Below are positions 57,918 through 64,000 of a stretch of DNA of 64,000 bases, one piece after another. This DNA is from Bacteroidales bacterium (GTDB lineage: Bacteria; Bacteroidota; Bacteroidia; Bacteroidales; GCA-2748055). Positions within the stretch are counted from its first letter, which is position 1. Each line of letters begins with the position of its first letter. The DNA lies in the NCBI GenBank assembly GCA_040903745.1, contig JBBDUV010000080.1, forward strand, positions 5,560-69,559, in the 5' to 3' direction. The notes below the pieces were generated by a model. That model worked only from the letters and a program-made list of their open reading frames with translations, was not told the origin of the DNA and made no database searches. Position numbers and translations under genes: made by a program.

Positions 57918-58860
57918 TTTGTCTGGCTAATTCCTTTTTCCTGTTTTGTTTTGCGACGAAAGTTGTCAGCACAGGAACCAGAATAGCAGTTGTTATAGTT
58001 GATGCAGCTACCTGAGGTGCAGCTATGGCAGCAATACCTGCTAAAGAAGGATCTACCATAGCAACAGCAGCTGGTGTTGCAACGGCGTTTCCGGCCGTAC
58101 TGGAAGAAGCTGCACCTGCAACTCCGGTTCCTCCGGAAGCTTTATCTGCCAAGATATTAAAAAAACCGCCAAAAACAACAGTAAATACACCAAGCAAAAT
58201 TCCCGGGAGTCCTGCTTTTAGTAGCATATCCATGTTAAGACCACAGCCTAAAGCGAAGGCAAAAAACGGGATGAGCATAGGACCACCCTTCATTAAAAAA
58301 TCCCGCATCTCTTTGTCAAGGTTACCTACCAACATTCCCAGAGCTATAGGTAGTACAACCCCCAGGAGTGACAAAAATGGGATAGATGCTATCCCGGCCG
58401 TACCTAACGCAATCATAGTTAAAAAGGGCCCATCGTTAATCGATATGATAGCAATAGCGCCAATTTCTGATTTCTTTCCAAATTCACCAGCAAGTGCTGC
58501 ATACAATCCCCCATTGGTATTGGTCATTGCCGAAATAACGGCCAGCGAAGACAAACCCCATAATCCTTCTACACCAAAAAATTTAGCCACTGCTAATCCA
58601 ATCCCAACACCAACGCCAAACTTCACCACAGTAAGAACAAACCCGGTTTTAATTGCCCTGGGGGCAGCTTTTACATCCATGCCTGCACCCATACAAAATA
58701 AAAACACCCCAATAATAGTGGTTGCACCCGTTGCAATAGCAGTTGTAAACCCTCCAATATTTAATACTCCGGGGGCCAGGGTATTGATTATCGCCCCAAG
58801 AACCAGTGGAATTACCATCATCCCACCGGGAATTTTTTCTATAGCTGCCTTTATTTTCAT
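57883..58860 (-). CDS. KdgT-family (2-keto-3-deoxygluconate-type) acid-sugar permease
   Basis: 325 aa and polytopic. MKIKAAIEKIPGGMMVIPLVLGAIINT is a typical KdgT N-terminus. Confidence 0.8.
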   Translation of the reverse strand: MKIKAAIEKIPGGMMVIPLVLGAIINTLAPGVLNIGGFTTAIATGATTIIGVFLFCMGAGMDVKAAPRAIKTGFVLTVVKFGVGVGIGLAVAKFFGVEGLWGLSSLAVISAMTNTNGGLYAALAGEFGKKSEIGAIAIISINDGPFLTMIALGTAGIASIPFLSLLGVVLPIALGMLVGNLDKEMRDFLMKGGPMLIPFFAFALGCGLNMDMLLKAGLPGILLGVFTVVFGGFFNILADKASGGTGVAGAASSSTAGNAVATPAAVAMVDPSLAGIAAIAAPQVAASTITTAILVPVLTTFVAKQNRKKELARQNAEENENSYRS

Positions 58861-58934
58861 ATTATTTAATTCGATTGCTGCTCCTTTTTTATCTTCAAAG
58901 ATGATAATTATTTCGATTCCGTCAAATTAATATT

Positions 58935-61181
58935 CTATTGGATTAAAATTAATTTTTTTGTTGAGACAATGCCATTCTCAGTCTCCAAACGGCATAAATA
59001 CAAACCGTTAGCAAGCGGATTCCCTTTTTTATCCCTTGCATCCCACTCGACACTAAAAAGCCCCTCATTATGATATTCATTCACTAAAACAGCTATTTTC
59101 TGCCCGGTAAAATTGTAAACTGCAAGGGTTGCGTGCCCTGTGCTGCTCAACAGGTAGGGTATATTGGTTTTTACACTAAAAGGGTTCGGGAAATTCTGCC
59201 CCAATGTACTTTGGCCTGGAACGGGGTTCAACACATCGCCTACACTGGTTATTGGTGAAAACAGAGCTGTTACCTCTATGTTAGCAACCACATTAAAGGA
59301 TACCGGATTGTCCGTTCCGCTCAGGTCGCCGCTCCAGCTACTGAACGCATAGCCTTCATCGGGTATGGCTGTAAGTGTAACAACTGTTCCCTTACTATAA
59401 GAGCCTCCCGGCGGATTCAGCTCCACCTGGCCATATTCTGATTCAATGTTCAAGCTGTAGATAGGGACTATTTCAAAAGATGCTGAAACATGTTTGTCTC
59501 CATCCATTGTAAGAGTAATCGGGTTTACGGTACCTGATACATCTCCTCCCCATGACTCGAACGCATAACCCAAATCGCCAACTGCCGTAACTGTAACCAC
59601 TGTTCCCTGCAAATACGAACCGCCTGCAGGATCTAAAATAAGTGATCCATTGGGCGTTTCGGATGTAATTGTATATTTTGGTAGTTCAACTGTTGGGTCA
59701 TAGTTTAAACTTTTATCGTTGAAGGGATCATCAAAATTAAAATCCTGAGGTAATTCCTCAACCGTATTGCTGCTTGTATTTATGATGGCAAGTGGATGGC
59801 GACCACCATTGATATAGTTGGCGGTCGCAAACCTCAGGGCTGGCAGATTCCCGCCGGGATCGAGTACGGCAAGTGCAACAATATAGCTCCCCCCGGGAAC
59901 GTTAACACTGAATTCCTCTTCGACGGTATTCTCTTCAGGAGGATTTGCCCAGCCGGTTACTCCTGTGCTGTTCCAATTTTCATGTGGCACATTGGTCCTC
60001 CAGCCACCAACAGGTGTCCATTCCGGTTCTGTCCATCCGCTACCGGGCAACCAGTCCCTGATATCAGCATTTTTCATAGTCGATGTCCAAACCGGGGTTA
60101 AAGTTGTTGGATCCAACAACGAAACTTCAACAGGCCAATCATAATAAAAGGGAGCGGAACCTTCGTTGGTCACATCAAACGAAATGCTTAATGAATCACT
60201 CACCCCTACCCTGACTTCATTAAGCACGTACCGGTATCCAAATGCTTTTTGGATCTCTTCAGCACCTGCCACTGCTGCCGCATTGTTTCTGTCGTAACCA
60301 GCTATCCAACGGAGCTGGGTGCAATGCAGCCAACGAATAGAGTTAATAACAAAATTCCGGTGTTTTTCAATAGCTACACTGCTCGTTGGTGAGGGTCCCG
60401 GTTGTATATCCCCATTTCCCCAGTTGTAAGCTACCTCACCACCTATGTAATTATGTAAATAACGATCCTTTGTACTGTTTACATTATGAATACTCTTTCC
60501 GTGGGGCCACATCTGATCATAATGCGCCCAGGAATCCCAATACTCACCAAAAGGCTGTTGTGTAAACTGGTCCCAAAAATGCCTTACCGATACCTTTTTA
60601 TTTTTAAAAGCTTCGGCAAATGCATCTCCGACCAACTTTTGCATCTTAGCCGTTGGCGAGGGACCATGGTGTTCACCCCATTTTCCGAATATCCCCAATT
60701 CTACAAAAGCTACCCGGGGATCATTGTCCCAGGCGATACCAAGCCTTTCTATCAGGCGCAATACCCTTTCCTGAAATTGTTCACTTGTATAGTCATCCGC
60801 TTGCATATCCGATGGCCAGTATTTTTGGTTGTCAGCACTCCAATGTAAATAAACCCGTGGGATCGCTTTTTTATTGGCAGAAGCCAAACCACCCCACTTT
60901 GCATTTGAAACTGCCAATATTTTATCAAGTCCGTCAGACTCCTTATTTTCTAACTCATTCCATTTGATATAGGTATGGTTTGCTGAGGCCCAGGGATGCT
61001 TGTTGTCTCCATGAGTAAATCCCATCATAGGGTTACGAAGCGCACGCTCATAGGGGGTTGGTGTTATGCTCAATGGATTGTCGCTTTGTGAATAAACCGC
61101 TGACATGGATGTGATAAAAACCATGGCAATGGCTAAAATCTTAAAAAAGACCGCTGAAATTTTATTGAAAAAAGTGTTCAT
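58935..61181 (-). CDS. Module-C protein: DUF4874/DUF4832-like TIM barrel + 2 InlB-B-type (Listeria-Bacteroides) repeats + T9SS C-terminal sorting domain
   Basis: I choose the start at Met25 (MNTFFNKISAVFFKILAIAMVFITSMSAVYSQ). Contains ALRNPMMGF, KWNELE, IPRVYLHWS and DPRVAFVELGIFGKWGEHHG. Two repeats follow (G.YAF.SW(G/S)GD(V/L)SG), then a C-terminal NFPNPF...LYLCRLE... sorting domain. Confidence 0.6.
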   Translation of the reverse strand: MNTFFNKISAVFFKILAIAMVFITSMSAVYSQSDNPLSITPTPYERALRNPMMGFTHGDNKHPWASANHTYIKWNELENKESDGLDKILAVSNAKWGGLASANKKAIPRVYLHWSADNQKYWPSDMQADDYTSEQFQERVLRLIERLGIAWDNDPRVAFVELGIFGKWGEHHGPSPTAKMQKLVGDAFAEAFKNKKVSVRHFWDQFTQQPFGEYWDSWAHYDQMWPHGKSIHNVNSTKDRYLHNYIGGEVAYNWGNGDIQPGPSPTSSVAIEKHRNFVINSIRWLHCTQLRWIAGYDRNNAAAVAGAEEIQKAFGYRYVLNEVRVGVSDSLSISFDVTNEGSAPFYYDWPVEVSLLDPTTLTPVWTSTMKNADIRDWLPGSGWTEPEWTPVGGWRTNVPHENWNSTGVTGWANPPEENTVEEEFSVNVPGGSYIVALAVLDPGGNLPALRFATANYINGGRHPLAIINTSSNTVEELPQDFNFDDPFNDKSLNYDPTVELPKYTITSETPNGSLILDPAGGSYLQGTVVTVTAVGDLGYAFESWGGDVSGTVNPITLTMDGDKHVSASFEIVPIYSLNIESEYGQVELNPPGGSYSKGTVVTLTAIPDEGYAFSSWSGDLSGTDNPVSFNVVANIEVTALFSPITSVGDVLNPVPGQSTLGQNFPNPFSVKTNIPYLLSSTGHATLAVYNFTGQKIAVLVNEYHNEGLFSVEWDARDKKGNPLANGLYLCRLETENGIVSTKKLILIQ

Positions 61182-61552
61182 ATTTAAATTATTTATCCAT
61201 AATAATAACAATAAACCGATCAATATCGTCCTCGCGCCTGGTCTGTTAAACATTATTTAATTTCTATATACTATTATCTTCAGAAACCCATTTTCTTTAA
61301 TCCCAGCTCTTGTAACACTAGATATAGCTATGATTAAACAACATATATTAAAAAGTGCCATTCTCATTTGCAACTCTTATAAATGTGATGAAACTAATTC
61401 GATTCCTTTATTGTGTCCAAGATTCCTGGAATATTGCCTGTCTGCCGGATTATTCCAATGCTCGTGTACACCTAAGCTTTCAAGGAGAGTTCCGTCATTT
61501 TCCGGATCGTATTTTGTTCCTGAAGTTTCAGGGTTTTCCCTCCCCGGACTTC

Positions 61553-63187
61553 TTAATTTAATTTTTGAAAATAGGGCAACCGCTCTAATGGGACTTCAAT
61601 TTCAATTGTTCTTCCTCCCTTTATAATTTCTCCTTGTTCACTTTCCCATTTTCCTTTTGGAAAAACTACCGAGCGTTTACGGGCACCCTCTTCTAACACA
61701 GGTGCTACCATAATATTATCACCTAACATAAATTGATCCTTTATGGTTTCAAATGCTTTATCCGGATAGGATAGTGCCATAGGTCTAACGATAGGTTCGC
61801 CAGTTTTTGATGCACGCTTTGCCAATTCCATAATTGTCGATCCCATTTCCAAATGGAGATTAGCCATATCAGCGCAAATTTTCATATTTTCAGTCGACAA
61901 TACCCTCCAGGGCGCAACAGAAAACTGCATCATAGGCATTAAAGCGTGTACCTGAGCAGAACGTACCACCAACTCCTCATCGATGGTTGATGATTTTAAA
62001 AATGATTGGTATTCTCCTCCGCCAATCATATCGGGACAGGTATAACTATATCCCATCAAACTCTGAGACATTTGGTCGGGGATTAGTTTTTTTAGATCCC
62101 CCCAACCATGCGTTTTATCTCTTAACCTTTGAACCAATGGTAATCCGGCCATTTTCCATGCAGCCCGGTACTCGTTATATGGGTATCTCAGGCCCAATTC
62201 AGCAAAATATTGCGTATGTCTGTTAGGGGAAACATCTTCATAAGATACCACACCACCGGTATAAAATCCAGCATCCCCTGCATCTAACTTAAATCCATCA
62301 ACGCCGTATTCTTCAACCAAATAGTCCAATTCACCTATGAACCAATCCATCGTTCTGGGATTACTTAGATCCAGACAGGCACTTGCTCCATTCCACCATC
62401 GGATGATTGCTGCTCTGTTCTGCGTATTTGCCCACAAAATATCTTGCGTTCTCTCAACATCCAATAACAACATTCCCTCCTTTGCCAGATACCTGAATAC
62501 TTCAGTGTCGGCAGTAACAAACGGACATACCCAAAGCATTACCTTAAAGCCCATGTCATGCAATTTCCTGATCATCCCCTTAGGGTCCTGAAACTTTTCT
62601 GCAGCAAATCTCCATGTCCCATAATTGGCTTGCCAGTTGTCATCTATCATGATAACACCCGGGGGAAATCCATTGTCAAGTATAGCTTGGGCATAATTTA
62701 AAATATCCTCTTCATTCTGATTGTACATTAATTCAATCCAGGTATTATACTGAGGATGTGAAAAAAACATATCCGGTGGAACTTCACCATTCGGAGGAAA
62801 AAAGTTTTGACTAACAAATTGGTAAGCCTCTGAAAGATTATTTCCAGCTGTACCATAACTAATCTTTCCGTCTCTGGATGTTACAATAAGTTTACCGTTA
62901 TTGAACGAATATTTAATTGGTTGCTCGCACCAAATATATCTTCCTTTACTGGATAACAACAAAGGCTGGGCCTGATTCCCTGCATTATTGCCCCAAAGAT
63001 CATATTCGGCCACAGAAGTGACATCATAAGGCATTTCATAGCCAACAGAGCTTAAGCCTCCCCACCAGTATTCATCCGATTCGATCACTATTTCTAACCT
63101 ATCCGGGGAGGATGCAAATAATTGTGAGCTTATCATACATATCAGGATTAGCTGTAATCCTATTTTCAGTTTAGTAAATACTTTCAT
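61553..63187 (-). CDS. GH31 family glycoside hydrolase (short alpha-glycosidase subfamily)
   Basis: 544 aa with a signal peptide. Contains GVIMIDDNWQ, FKVMLWVCPF and GVDGFKLDAGD. Confidence 0.75.
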   Translation of the reverse strand: MKVFTKLKIGLQLILICMISSQLFASSPDRLEIVIESDEYWWGGLSSVGYEMPYDVTSVAEYDLWGNNAGNQAQPLLLSSKGRYIWCEQPIKYSFNNGKLIVTSRDGKISYGTAGNNLSEAYQFVSQNFFPPNGEVPPDMFFSHPQYNTWIELMYNQNEEDILNYAQAILDNGFPPGVIMIDDNWQANYGTWRFAAEKFQDPKGMIRKLHDMGFKVMLWVCPFVTADTEVFRYLAKEGMLLLDVERTQDILWANTQNRAAIIRWWNGASACLDLSNPRTMDWFIGELDYLVEEYGVDGFKLDAGDAGFYTGGVVSYEDVSPNRHTQYFAELGLRYPYNEYRAAWKMAGLPLVQRLRDKTHGWGDLKKLIPDQMSQSLMGYSYTCPDMIGGGEYQSFLKSSTIDEELVVRSAQVHALMPMMQFSVAPWRVLSTENMKICADMANLHLEMGSTIMELAKRASKTGEPIVRPMALSYPDKAFETIKDQFMLGDNIMVAPVLEEGARKRSVVFPKGKWESEQGEIIKGGRTIEIEVPLERLPYFQKLN

Positions 63188-63575
63188 TTGTATTAATTCT
63201 TTATTTAAATGATTGATATATAATAATATAAATATCGTTTTAACTACATGTAAGTTATTCGTCCTCCTACGTCGGCCTCATGAGCTCCACTTCGTTCCGG
63301 TTGTTACCTCGCATAATAAAATATTCAAATTCAAAGCAAGTCATGTACTTTGAGTAATTCAAATATATATCTTTAACAATAATACATTGGATGATAATAT
63401 CTCAAAATGGGTACAGAAATTGTTCTCCAAAATATAAACTGACCTTTTATCAATAATATGCTATTGTTTTAAAATATAAGGGATGGCCTTTTGGGAGATT
63501 GCCCCATTATTTTTATATATTTGAGTCACCTTCTAAAAGTCTCTTTGTGTTTGAATTCAACAATCTAAAAATAAA

Positions 63576-64000
63576 ATGATGAGAAATTTCGCACTCGTAT
63601 TAACATTGGTTTTGGGAATCATTTCCCCGAAAATTTATTCACAGACCGGTATACAGGAATTCGCCCCGACTCCTCCACTTGGATATAACAGTTTTGATAG
63701 TTACAGAAGCAAATTAACTGAAGAAAAAGCCTTTGCCTTGATCGATGTGATGGCGGAGAAGTATCTGCCTTTTGGTTATAATTATTTTGTAATGGACGCA
63801 GGGTGGTACAGTGCCTATATCCCAGAAAAACATGATGATTTAGGACTGGAATCATTTGGACTATGTGTGGTTCATCAACCCTATTTCCCCAATGGAATTA
63901 AAGCGCTAATTGATCATGCCCACGAAAAAGGGTTAAAATTTGGTGTGTGGCTTATGCGCGGAATCCCAAGAGAGGCTGTTGAGCTTAATCTTCCTATTCC
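63576..64000 (+). CDS. GH27-like (clan GH-D) alpha-galactosidase-like hydrolase, 5' part only (runs off the window)
   Basis: Hand translation MMRNFALVLTLVLGIISPKIYSQ...PPLGYNSFDSYRSKLTEEKA...FVMDAGWY...GLKFGVWLMRGIPREAVELNLPI. Third paralog of 17831..19210 and 36115..37542, and the only plus-strand gene right of 8.2 kb. Confidence 0.75.
   Translation, partial: MMRNFALVLTLVLGIISPKIYSQTGIQEFAPTPPLGYNSFDSYRSKLTEEKAFALIDVMAEKYLPFGYNYFVMDAGWYSAYIPEKHDDLGLESFGLCVVHQPYFPNGIKALIDHAHEKGLKFGVWLMRGIPREAVELNLPI

Noticed and set aside
58025-58930. A 301-aa plus-strand ORF rich in Ala, Pro and Thr
   Set aside because: It lies exactly antisense to the KdgT-family permease (57883..58860). Its low-complexity composition mirrors the codons of a hydrophobic membrane protein, and it has no recognisable motifs. 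I treat it as a shadow ORF.
61330-61626. Plus-strand ORFs of 98 aa and 68 aa in the spacer between the GH31 gene and the module-C gene
   Set aside because: They have no motifs and overlap the GH31 3' end in antisense. The only protein-like reading in this spacer is a minus-strand fragment, treated above as gene debris.
1-64000. A search for CRISPR arrays, tRNA/rRNA genes, transposases, integrases, phage genes or defence systems
   Set aside because: I saw no regularly spaced direct repeats and no cloverleaf-like or rRNA-like conserved segments. No ORF has DDE, tyrosine- or serine-recombinase, nuclease-helicase or toxin-antitoxin signatures. Every large ORF is accounted for by CAZyme, sulfatase, regulatory or metabolic functions.

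Overview
The window looks like Bacteroidota chromosome: T9SS C-terminal sorting domains, many lipoprotein or Sec signal peptides, and about 38-40% GC judged by eye. It is probably from a marine or other sulfated-glycan-degrading organism. Positions 8.2-63.2 kb form a roughly 55-kb block of genes, all on the minus strand. The block holds 5 Cys-type (CxPxR) S1 sulfatases and 6 clan GH-D alpha-galactosidase-like enzymes (GH27, GH27-like, GH36-like, GH31) plus one GH27 pseudogene. It also holds GH43, a decayed GH95, two DUF5060/GH5-like proteins and a DUF1593 protein. Three families I cannot assign to a characterised CAZy family recur through it. Module A is a GH42-like TIM barrel of about 560 aa. 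Module B is about 700 aa, with a GH20b/GH67N-like N-domain, a TIM-barrel-like core and a helical C-terminus. Module C resembles DUF4874/DUF4832. A and B occur as neighbours twice and are fused once in a 1526-aa protein; I consider this the best candidate for an undescribed enzyme system. No SusC/SusD, hybrid two-component regulator, transposase, integrase, tRNA, rRNA or CRISPR array is visible. Three proteins carry T9SS sorting domains. The locus shows heavy turnover: several pseudogenes and gene fragments, a sulfatase duplication with a near-identical 5'/promoter tract, and two GC-rich segments that look foreign (a TAT-exported 895-aa protein and an in-frame Kelch/DUF1080 chimera). A five-gene cassette sits inside the array: KdgT-type permease, glycerate kinase, TIM-barrel isomerase, 2-hydroxyacid dehydrogenase and RidA. 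The left end carries an orphan TolC-like gene, a classical HK/OmpR pair and a tandem GH2-N-type sugar-binding protein. All family assignments come from motif recognition by eye; no HMM or database searches were run.
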